Shown here: piece after piece, positions 1 through 11,384 of the stretch | Position numbering within the stretch: position 1 is the stretch's first letter | Layout of the letters: the number at the start of each line of letters is the position of its first letter | NCBI RefSeq assembly: GCF_964194155.1 | Contig: NC_135896.1 | Coordinates: forward strand, 46,252,001 to 46,316,000 | Reading direction: 5' to 3' | From: Cetorhinus maximus | Taxonomy: Eukaryota | DNA: 64,000 nucleotides | The notes under the pieces: generated by a model | Seen by the model: the letters and a program-made list of their open reading frames with translations, nothing else | The model's database searches: none | What the model was told of the DNA's origin: nothing | Made by a program: the position numbers and the translations under genes

Positions 1-425
1 AATTTTTTTTTAACAATCAGTTGCTTTCCCTATTCGTCCCTTGCTTTTTCTCAAAGGACAGCAAGCACAAAGATTCATAGCAGGCTGTAGGGGATGGGAG
101 ATAAAAGTAATGTGAGGAGCTGGATAATTGCAGGCACCAGTGGAATTGTATCCCAGTATGAGTCAATACCTTCAGGAGATGGGAGAATAATGGGGAAACA
201 ATTGCATTTGAAATCCTCTGATAACAACACACTGAAGTTGTGCAACAAAGGCCATCAGCACCTGAAAAGTAAAAATGCAGGTCAATGTTTAGGATGGAGA
301 CCCTTTGTCAGAGTGGAAACAGGGAGGTAAAAACAAAAAAACTGCGGATGCTGGAAATCCAAAACAAAAAATAAAAAATACCTGGAAAAACTCAGCAGGT
401 CTGGCAGCATCGGCGAAGAAGAGTA

Positions 426-466
426 CAGTTGACGTTTCGAGTCCTCATGACCCTTCAACAGAACTA
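426..466 (-). ncRNA. Minimal type I hammerhead ribozyme motif (variant core CUGUUGA)
   Basis: Minus strand reads UAGUU-CUGUUGA-A-GGGUC(AUGAG)GACUC-GAAAC-GUC-AACUG: stem I, core, stem II, GAAA, palindromic stem III, GUC triplet. Confidence 0.65.
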
Positions 467-594
467 AGTAAAAATAGGAGAGGGGTAAAATATCCTATCA
501 CTGCTTGCTTGTCCCAACAACCACCAGCCCCCTTCTCTCTCCACCGCCCCCCTCCTTAAACCATCTTATATTTCACCCCTCTCCTATTTTTACT

Positions 595-635
595 TAGTTC
601 TGTTGAAGGGTCATGAGGACTCGAAATGTCAACTG
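595..635 (+). ncRNA. Minimal type I hammerhead ribozyme motif (second, inverted copy)
   Basis: TAGTT-CTGTTGA-A-GGGTC(ATGAG)GACTC-GAAAT-GTC-AACTG; C>T change in stem III relative to the first copy. Confidence 0.6.
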
Positions 636-1044
636 TACTCTTCTCCACCGATGCTGCCAGACCTGCTGAGTTTTTCCAGGTATTTTTTATTTTTTGTTTT
701 GGAAACAGGGAGGCGTGAATCCTTATTATGGGAGTGACCAATAGAAGGGAAGGGTAAACAATAGGTGAAGATCATGGAGCAGATATGCTAACTACTGTTA
801 CAAAGAGAATTTAATATCATTTGAGCAGATAGATTTTTTTAAATCTGAAAGATTATCTCAGTCACTCTATGGAAAGGCATTGGACAAAAGGTGAATAAAA
901 CAGTTCCAAAGTAGAAGGGATAAAAGATAATTTTGCAGAACAGAGCGTGTCTGCCATGTCACGATAATAGGCTGAGACAGTTAAGGACTGAAGAAGCTAA
1001 AGCCACCCTTTTACTTCCTGTTTTCCATTGAACCTTGTGTTTTG

Positions 1045-1530
1045 GTCCACTGTGCTCTACGGGCTGTTCCCAGGGACACACACCGAGACAAACATCAACT
1101 GCAGCTGGAGGATCATCAACTCGGTGAAAGACGCTCTTTGGTCTGCCCGAAATTTGTTGGTCTTCCAGCGCAAAGAGTTGTCCCTGACTGATTGTTGCAG
1201 ACTGGCACATTCCGAAGTCCAGGACTACGTGCTGAGGGACGCACTAAAGCTTGAGGCAGCCGCCGCAAAGGCGCAATGGGGAAGGGTCGCTGTCTAAGAC
1301 CTTTCTGCCACAGTGCACCGAGGGACTGGGAACTGTTTAGAGCCCCTCGGGCTGTACAGCTCAAAATGAATGTCTGCAAATGATTCTAATATTCATTTAT
1401 TGTATTGATGCACCTCGTGATACATGTTGTAAAAGTTGAACCTGATTGTACCTTTGTGATGGTGATTTTGAAATGGTTTGGTATGTTCTTCCAGATATTT
1501 TATGAATAAAGTATATTTTTCAAAAAAAAA
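1045..1530 (+). mobile_element. L1/Tx1-clade LINE 3' end (ORF2 C-terminus, 3'UTR, poly-A)
   Basis: Peptide VLYGLFPGTHTETNINCSWRIINSVKDALWSARNLLVFQ...AKAQW resembles Tx1-type ORF2 C-termini. Ends TATGAATAAAGTATATTTTTC plus an A-run. Confidence 0.7.
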
Positions 1531-2365
1531 GCTCTGCCATCCTGGTTATCAAAATCACGAAAAGGCCTTGGTCAGCATGGACCACTTTCCATACCTCGGA
1601 AGCCTACTGTCAACAAGGGCAGATATCGTCAATGAGATTCAACACATCATCAGTGCCTCAGCGTGGTCTTTGGCTGCCTGAGGGAGAGAGTGTTTAAAGG
1701 CCAGGACCTTAAACCTGGCACTGAGCTCACAGTCTACAGAGCAGCAGTGATACTTGCCCTCATACATGGCTCAGAGATGTGGACAATGTACAGCAGGCAC
1801 CTCAAAACTCTGGAGAAGTACCACCAGCGCTACTTCAGCAAGATCCTGCAAATCCATTGGCAGGATAGGTGCACCAACGTCAGTGTTCTTGCTCAGGGCA
1901 ACATCCCCAGCATCGAAGCATTGACCACACTCAAACAGCTCCACTGGGTGGGCCACATCGTCCGCATGCCTGACACGGGACTCATGAAACAAGTGCTCTA
2001 CTCGGAGCTTCGACAGAGCAAGCGAGCCCCAGGAGGGCAGAGGAAATGCTTCAAGGGCACCCTCAAAGCCTTCTTAAAAAAGTGTAAAATCCCCACCAAC
2101 ATCTGGGAATCCCTGGCTCAAGACTGCACAAAGTGGGAAGGAGTTGGACACCTCGAGTCTCATTGCCAAGGGCTAGCTGAAGCCAAGCGTTAACAGCAAA
2201 AGGAGTACATGGCAACCTGGGCACCCCACCCACCTGTTCCCCCACCACTATCTGTCTCACCTGTGATAGAGACTGTGGGTTGCACATTGGACTCTTCAGT
2301 CACCTGAGAACTCATTTTTAGTGTGGAAGCAAGTCATCCTCGACCCTGAGGGACTGCCTAAGAGG
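1531..2365 (+). mobile_element. RTE-clade LINE 3' fragment (RT C-terminal region)
   Basis: DHFPYLGS, YRAAV..LIHGSEMWT, ILQIHWQD..TNVSVL, QLHWVGHIVRMPD, KQVLYSEL, GGQRK motifs typical of the RTE ORF C-terminus (ORF 1663-2193). Confidence 0.85.
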
Positions 2366-3589
2366 GGTTGAGTCCTATAAGATTTCTCAGTTAATTCTCA
2401 CAAAGAGTCTCCAGAAAATTAATCTGTCTGCTCTTTTCAGATGCTTATGAGTTCAAAGGAGTTCCTATGATTACTAGATGCCTGGGTTTTTTTCATCAAC
2501 ACTGTTTTAAATCTATCATTAGTTTGTGACAGATTGTAACTGCATTCTACACCAAATGAGGAAAGTTCAATAGGCCAGGATGAAAGTAATTTTTTTCTGG
2601 CTCATTATATCCCATGTGAAATAGTAAATTCCATTAAGAGCTCAGATCATTCCAGAAATATATTGAAAGGTAGTTTGAATAAAAGTTGTTTCTGAAGCTT
2701 GTCAGTGCTTAAGGTGCTCTCAGTTACAAATGATTTATTGCACTGTTTACAATATTTGCCTAGGGTGCCCAGAAAGGTTAAACTGTTGTTAGAGGTTAGA
2801 CCTTTGATAAATGAAAATGGTCATGGAAAGCAAATACATCTGTGATTGTATCATTATTTACATAACTTTGTAAAGTACAACAGTGTGAATAGTACCTCTG
2901 TTTTAACAAGCGAGACTGGTATGAGCCCATGGGGAATCCTTTTCTGTGGATCAACTCTCAGACAGTCACGCTGGCTGTTTTGTTCTTTTTCATAGAATCA
3001 TAGTATAGTATAGCACAAAAGGAGGCCTTGATTGAACCCATCAAGTCTGCACAGGTTCCTTCGAAGAACAATCCAGTTAATCCCACTCCCCTGCTAATTC
3101 CCCATATCACTGCAGCCCAGTCTCCTTGAAGTATTTATTCAATTCCCTTTTGAAGGCTAGCATTGAATCTTTGTCCACCACTCTAGCAGGCTGTTAGGAG
3201 CTCAAAGACTACAGTCTTTCCAGTGTAATGTCTTTATTGAACTGAATGTAACTTGGCTGCCCCCAGACAGTCCCTCATGGCAGAGGTCACATGACTATGT
3301 CAAATCAAGTAGGACACTTAGTAATGATTGCATTTCAAAACTCAAACATCCCCCTTTCTATGATGAACAGACAACCCAAACAACCCCCATTTCATAACAA
3401 GCAACAGACAACTTTCCATGTACCATCATGTATAACTGTGAGTTACCCACCACACCACAGCTGTTCTCATGCATTAGCAAACTGTTTGTTATTCTCGCCG
3501 ATCCCTACACATGCATTGCACACATAGTTGTTAAATCATGCAGATCCTTTAATGGTACGTGTGCATGTTGTGATTGGCTGTTCGTCTGG

Positions 3590-5399
3590 ATGATGTTCCT
3601 TCTCCGGTGAGTGGCATTCCTACGGCAACTTGTTGTTGTCATGGTAACTGTTGCAGTTGTTCCATTTCCGTTGTTGAGTACTAGTGGACCTCTGGGCATG
3701 ATGGTTGCTCTGTACTCCGTGCAGCCGGTGAAATCTCATCTTCCTGCTCGGCCGCCTGCAGTGAAGAAACAGCTTCTCTAGTTGTTCATATATGCCTGCG
3801 GTTGCGCCGTATATTTGGTCGTTCGCTTCCACCGCATACAATCGGGGTGACAACTGCTCTACGCATTTTCCAAGTTGCCACGTGGGCTGACTCCTGTTGA
3901 GAGCACTGAAGGTTTGCACCCTGTCTGGCTCCCCAATGCTCAGCTCTGGCAATTGTTTGGCAGTCATGTCAAACTAAAATTTGGCTTTCTGTTGTTTCAC
4001 CTTGATTTTTTCACTCACGCCTGTTAGTACTTCTGGCTTCAGTAACTTTTTTGCTACTGGAAGAGTAGTTTGTGAGCGCCATGACATTAGTCTTTGGACT
4101 GGACTACTTTCCATGCCTTCAATTGGATTGCCTTGTATATTCTATATGGGGAGAAAGCGGGAGCAGGCTGTTGAGTTGGATGATCAGCCATGATCATAAT
4201 GAATGGCGGAGCAGGTTTGAAGGGCCGAATGGCCTACACCTGCTCCTAGTTTCTATATTTCTATGTATACATCTGTGCTAGATTTGCTTGTTTCTTGATG
4301 ATTCCTTTGGCGATTTTCACTGCCACTTCAGCCTTTCCATTTGACTGGAGATACTGCAGAGAGGATGTATAGTGTTGAATTTCCCAATCATTTGTGAAGC
4401 AGCTGAATTCTTCGCTCATGAACTGAAGGCCATTGCCACTCATCACAATGTTTGGAATGCCGTAACGACTGAAGTGTGCTTTCAGGCATTCTACTATCTC
4501 TCCTGTTGTTGTTGAAGTCAGCTGGTCTAATTCTCAGTAGTCAGAATAGTAATCCACAGTGACAAGATAATCAGTTCCTGCTATAGTGAAGAGGTCTATT
4601 CCCAGCTTCATCCATGGTCTGTCTGGGTTGTCATGCATCATCAACGGCTCTCTAGCTTGTTTAGCTTGGTACTCATTACAAGCAGCGCACTGGCTGATGT
4701 GGTCTTTAATTTCATTGCTTATGTTTAGCCAGTAGAGCAGTTCTCTTTCCTTTCTCAAATGCAATTCAATTCCTTGATTACTTGCATGGATGCGCATCAG
4801 CATCCCTCCTCTCATCTCTTTAGGGATGATGATTCTATTTTCTTTGTACAAGATTCCATCTTGGGCTGTCACTTCATCTCGGTGTGCCCAATGTGCTTTT
4901 GTAATCACAGGTAAGCTAGATTCTCGCAGGCCATCCTTCCATCACTACTTCTTGTAGCACTTGGAGAGTTGCATCTTGTTGGGTAGTTCTCTTGAGTTAA
5001 TCAAGGTGCTTGTCTGTCAGATTCAGTCTCTGCTGGGTTGAGAACTTCCAGAAGAGCATGTCGAGCTGCTGCCTCACATTAAATCTGGAAGATTTTGCAT
5101 TCCATTTCAGCATCCTCAACTTTCTCCATGGGGAGCGCTGCTTTCAACAGCATGTCTGCAATGTACATCTGGTTCTCTCACTTGTATGTCATGTCCCGAT
5201 GATATCTCTGTAAATGAAGTAATGTTCTTTGCAAATGATTTGGAGCAGATAGTAGCAGTTTGAGCAAAATGCTTTGAAGTGCCTTGTGGTTGGATTCCAT
5301 TGTTATTTCGTCTCTCCCAAGCAGGTACTGATGAAAATGCTCACAAGCAAAAATAATAGTCAGGCACTCTTTCTCTCGATCTGCGTGTAGCGTCTGTTC
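3590..5399 (-). pseudogene. pol: Gypsy pol remnant (RNase H and integrase)
   Basis: RYTQIE..KECL..FACEHFHQYL, IADML, H-x-H..CAAC zinc finger, RPWMKLGIDLFT, LVTVDYYS, NGLQFMSEEF, QSNGKAE. Has frameshifts and stops. Confidence 0.88.
4140..4264 (+). mobile_element. Short CR1 3' tail inserted into the Gypsy integrase
   Basis: GATCAGCCATGATC..GGCCGAATGGCCTAC..TTTCTATG tail; flanked by TGTATA on both sides. Confidence 0.75.
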
Positions 5400-5603
5400 T
5401 TTGGATAGGTTTGGGGTGGAATATAATTTGTAGCAGTCTCTCCTCAGAAATGTTAAAAGTGTTGCTATTCATATTGGCTCCAGCTTGTTAATTAAATATG
5501 TTGCAATCTCATAGTTTTGCGATTGGAAGTGGAAAAATTGCCAGTTCTTCCACAAATCTCCTTTCACTTCTACAGGAGCTGGGAGTGGAAAATTTACAGC
5601 CAT
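5394..5603 (-). pseudogene. gag: Gypsy gag N-terminal remnant
   Basis: MAVNFPLPAPVEVKGDLWKNWQFF...NYEIAT is a typical Gypsy gag start; it is fused directly to RNase H sequence. Confidence 0.75.
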
Positions 5604-5709
5604 TTTTGTCTCAAGCAGTATTTTACTTACAGACTTCAGTGTGTGTTTGCTTTTCCTTGTCTGTGTTTCTTTTTCTTCAGCAGTTTTTAGCAGGTTGGAA
5701 CATTTCAGT

Positions 5710-5920
5710 AAGATAAAAGCAAAATACTGCAGGTACTGGAAATCTAAAATAAAAACAGAAAATGCTGTTCGGAGAAAAGAGCAGTACCTCTTCATTTTCA
5801 GAGAGAAGGGCAGTACTTGACTCTGAAGAAGAGTCATATGGACTCGAAACATAAACTGTTTCTCTCTCCACAGATGCTGTAAGACCTGCTGAGTTTTTCC
5901 AGCATTTTCTGTTGTTATTA
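5710..5920. mobile_element. Penelope-like terminal-repeat insertion with hammerhead motif, in the Gypsy 5' leader
   Basis: CTGAAGA-A-GAGTC(ATATG)GACTC-GAAAC at 5823-5850; short inverted arm. TSD TGGAA(C/T)ATTTCAGT at 5696-5709 and 5921-5934. Confidence 0.7.
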
Positions 5921-7095
5921 TGGAATATTTCAGTGTCCCTATTTCAGTATCTGTGGTTTCTCTTCCAAGTTTTCAAACCTCAATCTCAGCTCGATTTTTG
6001 ATAACATGTTACAAGCTCAAAGACTAGTATTTCCAGTGTAATGTCTTTATTGAACTAAACGTAACATGGCTGCCACCAGATATTCATGCAGGGCAGAGGT
6101 CACATGACTACGGCAAGCCAGGTAGGACACTTAGTAATGATTGCATTTCAAAACCCAAACACAGGCAGCACATTCCAAACCTTACCACTCATTGTGTAAA
6201 AAGGTGTTGCCTCTGGTTCTTTTGCCACCCACCTCAAATCTGTGTCTTCCAGTAAATGACCCTTCAGCCAGTGGAAACAGTTTCCCTATATTACTCTATC
6301 TAAACCCTTCATGATTTTAAACACATCTATCAAATCTCCTAGTCTTCTCTGCTCTAAGGAGAGCCAGTCCAGCTTCTCCAGTCTATTCATGTAACAGCAA
6401 TCCCTCATCCCTGGAACCATTCTCGGGTTTCATTTCATTTACTGGCTGACTGGTGTGGCTGTTTCTTCCTTAAGTGTCCCTCTGCAGTTTTCCCTTTCTC
6501 TAGTTCTTTTTATCTCCTTCTTTGATTACTTTCCATTCTTTTCTAATCTTCTTTCTTGCACTCCACTTATCTCCAAATCTTATTCTTACTCTTTCCTCTT
6601 TTTTCTGCCAGTCTTTTGACTTTCCATCTCCTTTACATTCTGTATGTTTCCTACTTCACTGTCCATCTCTCTAGAACTCACTCTTTTTTTTTTTGGTCTG
6701 CCTCTGTCTCTCCTCTTCTTCTCTTTCCCTGGGAAATCAAAAGTCAGGCCATCTGGGGCCTCACAAATGACCTCCTCTCTCCCTGGAAGATGAGGCAGCC
6801 AAGGTTCTGTGGACCCTCAACTCAGACTCCAGACCCAAACTCTATACCATAATGTCCTAGCCAGGGAAGATTGGGCAGAGAGAGTGGAGCAAGGATGGGC
6901 AAAGGTCAGGAAGGGGTGAGAAGGAAGGTGAGGACAGAATAAGTGATCTTTCAGGAAGCTTGTGCCCTGCCTGACGTTGGGAGAAAGGGAGCCAAGACAG
7001 GACCAAGAGGGTGTAAAGGATTGGACTTGCTTTGAATATATAGAGAAGCTCAAATATTGACAAATCCAAAATAATTATAGCATTTTTATTTGTTA

Positions 7096-7470
7096 GTGTC
7101 AGTGGCTCAGTTGGTAGCACTCTTGTATCTAAGTTAGATGGTTTCAGTTTCTTGAGCACAAAAACCTTCTGTGCATTACTGAGAGGGTGCTGCACTGCTG
7201 GAGGTGCCATCTTTTAGATGGAACGCTAAACTGAGGCTCCGTCTGCTCTCTCAGGTAGACACAAAAATCCCATGGCACTATTTCAAAGCAGGGGAATTAT
7301 CCATGGTGTTCTGGTCAATATTTATTCCTGAATCAACATTATAAAACAGAATATCTGGTGGAGTTTGCTGTGTTTCCTACATTGCAACAGTCACTGCATT
7401 TCAAAAATATATCATTGGCTGTATAGCACTTAACGGCGTTCGGTGATTTGAAAAATTGAATATAAGTTGT
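7096..7470 (+). mobile_element. tRNA-derived Deu-domain SINE (SacSINE1/AmnSINE1-like)
   Basis: A-box GTGGCTCAGTTGGTAGCA followed by the Deu core GCACTGCTGGAGGTGCCATCTTT..ATCCCATGGCACTATTTC. Confidence 0.75.
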
Positions 7471-8871
7471 TGCTGCATCCAGGCCCCTGTATGTTTTATC
7501 AAATTATTATAAGCATAAGGACTCACATGCAGACAGTTTATGTGCTATCAGGCGTAACAAAAAAAAACTTTGTGCACTTCACAAAATAGGTCTCATTAAA
7601 GAGTCATTGATAATTCAGTGAATGATTGATTGACAATCACTGTACTGAGGCTATTATTCAGTAGCTCTATGATGTACATATATGTCAAGGTGCCTCCCAT
7701 GTTAAATCTTTCTGACTCAATATATTAACACAATTTGTTGCTCTGCTGACAGGGAGAGGCCTATTGTCTTGTGGACACTTTTTGAAGGATGTCCTCCTCC
7801 CAGTTTTATCTACTTACAGTTTACATTGACCAGATCTAGTGGTTGTTGATGTTTTAAGGTGATAGGAACAAAATCTTGCCTTGAAACCTAATTATTTCTC
7901 AGTTGTGATTTTAGGAATGTAACAACAGAGCAATTAGATCTAAATTTGACTATCTCTGCTAAGAAAATCTCTGATGCTTATTAAGCTGAGAATCTGAATG
8001 GTGGCATTTTAACTAAAAAATGTTCATTCTTGACATTGCACAGGCCCAAGACAGGCAATGAATGAAACCCTGAGGATATCAACTGAAATAGCAAGGTGGG
8101 GTTGTATACTCCTTGTCAGTTGTGGCTCAGTTCATAGCACCCTCGCCTTTGAATCAGAGGGTTATGGGTTCATGTCCCACTCCCGGAAAACCAAAGAACT
8201 GTGAATGTACTCGAAAGAAGTTGAACACAATGTGGTTATTTGCCTGAGAAATAGCAAGTATTTTTAATTCTCAAAAGCACTCAGTTTCATCAATACTCAC
8301 CGACAACAATGGAACTTTGCACTTCAGGACAATGGTAATACTCATTAGCGAACCCAGTTTGATAGCAAATCCAAAATGCTGAATCATTTTCTTAGCAGAT
8401 GGTTGCTGCCAATTTGTTTCTGATTTTACTGCCATTTGTCTCTTAAAGCTTTATGCTGGGATATAGTAACTTTTTAAAGTGGCTATTTTCTATCTCTGCG
8501 TTCAGACAAGAAACAGCAAGCTACTCGCCATGTAGAGTACCAAAGCCTCATTCCATATCCAAACACAAACACGTGAATCACTGCAATCAAGACAGAACCA
8601 AGTTGATCTTTCTTGTTGCACTAACTTAAATTTGTTGTGGCATCCTTACTACTATCCCAGTCCAGTCAAGGCAAACAAAGAATTCAATTTAAGACCATAC
8701 TTTCACTGACTCCAAAGTTTTTGTCTCCACTGCTCAAACCAGAACTCCATTTCAAGTGTTGAACACTCTTTGAATAAAGGACCAACTGATATCAGTCCTA
8801 TATTTACCTTTCACTCATTTGAACCTGTACTTCATTGTCCCACCATCAGCACTAACCTTGAGAGTAGAGCT

Positions 8872-8927
8872 TGAATTTCACATTTCTATACTGAATTTCA
8901 TATTTCTATACTGAATTTCATATTTCT
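8872..8927. repeat. 20-bp tandem repeat, ~2.8 copies (CTGAATTTCATATTTCTATA)
   Basis: Directly visible in the sequence. Confidence 0.9.
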
Positions 8928-9048
8928 TGGTTAATCCACACTTCAGATCATGGCAAACTGTTAGAGCAAGTTTCTGTTGGATTTTGACTGCAGCAACTCT
9001 GAAAGCATCCCATTTCAAATTGGAGCAAAGAATTGGTTCAACCCATTT

Positions 9049-9337
9049 ACGAACATACGAATTAGGAGCAACAGGCTATTTTGGCCCCTTGAATCTGCTC
9101 CGCCATTTGATAAGATCATGGCTGATCTGATTCTGGCCTCAACTCACATTCTGACTAGACCTGATACCCTTTGACTCCCTTGTTAGTCAAGAATCTAACT
9201 ACCTCTGCTTAAAAATACTTACTGACCCACTGCTGCCACCACTCTCTGGGGAAGCAAGTTCGAAAGACTCAAAACATTCTGAGAGAAAAGATTCATTCTC
9301 ATCTCCGTCTGAAATGGCAGACCCCTTATTTTTAAAC
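9049..9337 (-). mobile_element. CR1 LINE 3' tail
   Basis: ACGAACATACGAATTAGGAGC..GATCATGGCTGATCTG is the reverse complement of the tails at ~38800 and ~58600. Confidence 0.8.
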
Positions 9338-11384
9338 AGCTAAAGCAAGATCTATATTAATCTCTCATTTTAATAATTTAAAAATGCATCTAAAGCACCA
9401 CTATATTAACAGACTTGGTTTAAATTTGGTGATTTTTAATAATTGGCATTATGCCAAAATTACCTCTCTGTTTCTTAGCAACACAAGGTGGGGCTGAGGG
9501 GAGGGGTGGGTTTATCACTGCCCCCAAGAATGGGATTGGCGGTTAAATTTTTAGATGTCTAAAGTGGACGAGCAAACCGGCTCCTATGAGCCCATGTCTG
9601 GGTTTAATGGAGGTGTGTGGATGGCAATGGGATTTTCTAATTGGCAGGTATTTACTGGCAGATGTTAATGAGGTATTTTTAAACGGTTCTTAACTTGGGG
9701 CAGAGATTTTTGCTCAGTGGGCGGGCACGCGCCCAACCCACTTGAGTGTGAAATGACGCATGTTGACGTCGGCTGAGCGTGCTGATGTCAATGCGCACTC
9801 TCGCGATATTTAGCGAGGGAAACGGAGGCACAGCCCCCATTAATGAAGAGGCCAGTTAAGGCCCTTGACACACCGAGTTTACGTAGCCCATGTGAATTTT
9901 CGGCCGTCTCATGGGCAAAATAGGCAGGCGGACAGGCCATAATTTGCAAAAGCTCATCCACGGACAGAATAAGAAGGGTCAGCTGCATCGCCAATGTGAA
10001 CAGTGAGGAGGTTTGGAGATTGTGTGTTGCTGGTTGAATTTGTGAACTGGACAGCATCATCCCGCTTCAGAGCTGCATTCTGAGCATTTCTGGGCTTCAT
10101 TTCAGGACTCATTGGTGTCTACCAGGCCCATGGAGGATTCAGACTGTGTGGGTCCTTCCAGGTATCAGACAGCCTTCCATAACCCTTGTAATGGGGATTG
10201 TGCTCTCCGCTGGTGACACCTCCTCTGAGGAGGAAGAGAGGGGCAGAAGGGAGAGGAGGCCAGGTGTCCCAATGCAGCTTCCTGGGGAGTGACCTGTGGG
10301 CAGAGAGGCGCAGGCACAAGGGGCGCAGGGACAGCTGGCAGTCCAAGGTGGAAGGGGCCACAGAAGACGGCACTATCCCCCTGCCAGGGTTCACAAGTGT
10401 TGCTGCAGCTACCTCAATATGTCCGAGGTGCAATGCCAAAGGAGGCTCCGACTCTCAATGGAGACAGTGACCTCCATTTGTCAGAGTATCAGCTCCAACT
10501 GTGTGGGTGGACACCCCATGCCAGTGGCTCTGAAGGTCACAGTGGCCCTCAACATCTATGCCTCTGGCTCTTTCTAGGGCTCAGTGGAGGGATCTGTGTG
10601 GAGTCTCCCAATCAGCCATCCACAGCTGCGTCAAGCTGTGACAGAAGCTCTGTTCAGGAGTACGTTGACTTTCATTCATTACCGTACGATGAAGCCAGCC
10701 AGGCTGAGCGAGCCAGAGGCTTTGCAGCAATTGCTGGGACCCCCTGCATCCAGGGTGCTATACATTGCACACATGTGGCCATCGAGGTGCCAGCGGGTGA
10801 GCTGGGTGCCTTCATCAACAGGAAGGGATTCCACTCCATGAACGTGCAGATAGTGTGTGATCACAAAATGCAGATTCTGCAAGTCTGTGCAAAGTACCCA
10901 GGCAGCTCCCATGACGCTTACATCCTGAGACACTCCCAGGTGCCCAGGCTCTTCAGTGCTCCAGCCCGACTGGATGGATGGCTGCTGGGTGACAAGGGCT
11001 ATCCATTGAAAAGGTGGCTCATGACTCCTCTCCACCATCCAAGAACAGAGGCTGAGCAGCGGTACAATAGGAGCCACACCTCCACAAGGGCTGTGGTAGA
11101 GAGAGCCATCGGTCTTCTCAAGATGCGCTTCCGATTCCTGGACCATTCGGGGGCACACTCCAGTACCCCCAGATCATGTGTCACTGATAGTGATTTCATG
11201 CTGCACTCCCCACAACCTTGCGCTGGAAAGGGGGGATGCAGTGGAGGAAGAGGAAGCATACGCAGCTGTGCAGGCAACTCTAGTAGTGAGTCCGAGGGTG
11301 AGCACGGTGAGGAGAACACTGAGGGTATGGACGCTGACCTGGGCAACCTCCAGGGAGGCAGGGACACCCAGGACACTTTGATCC

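Larger units (their letters stand above)
328..699. mobile_element. Penelope-like terminal-repeat insertion with inverted arms, each carrying a hammerhead motif
   Basis: ~358-493 is the reverse complement of ~568-703. Flanked by the 14-bp direct repeat TGGAAACAGGGAGG (314-327 and 700-713). Confidence 0.75.
3192..6161 (-). mobile_element. Internally deleted Gypsy/Ty3 LTR retrotransposon
   Basis: Diverged ~155-bp TG..CA LTRs at 3192-3348 and 6007-6161, 5-bp TSD CAGGC, and PPT (AGAAAGGGGGA) next to the 3' LTR. Contains gag N-terminus, RNase H and integrase remnants. Confidence 0.92.
2992..6425 (-). mobile_element. CR1 LINE 3' fragment split by the Gypsy insertion (2992-3191 and 6162-6425)
   Basis: CATAGAAT tail and CR1 3' sequence continue across the Gypsy element (..ACTCTAGCAGGC | AGCACATTCCAAACC..). 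Confidence 0.8.

Noticed and set aside
305-741. Two ORFs on opposite strands with near-identical peptides (PKQKIKNTWKNSAGLAAS...)
   Set aside because: They are a by-product of the inverted repeat arms; there is no evidence of coding.
8115-8185. tRNA-like sequence with A and B boxes (also at 7100, 51228 and 54275)
   Set aside because: No complete cloverleaf; these match the heads of tRNA-derived SINEs.
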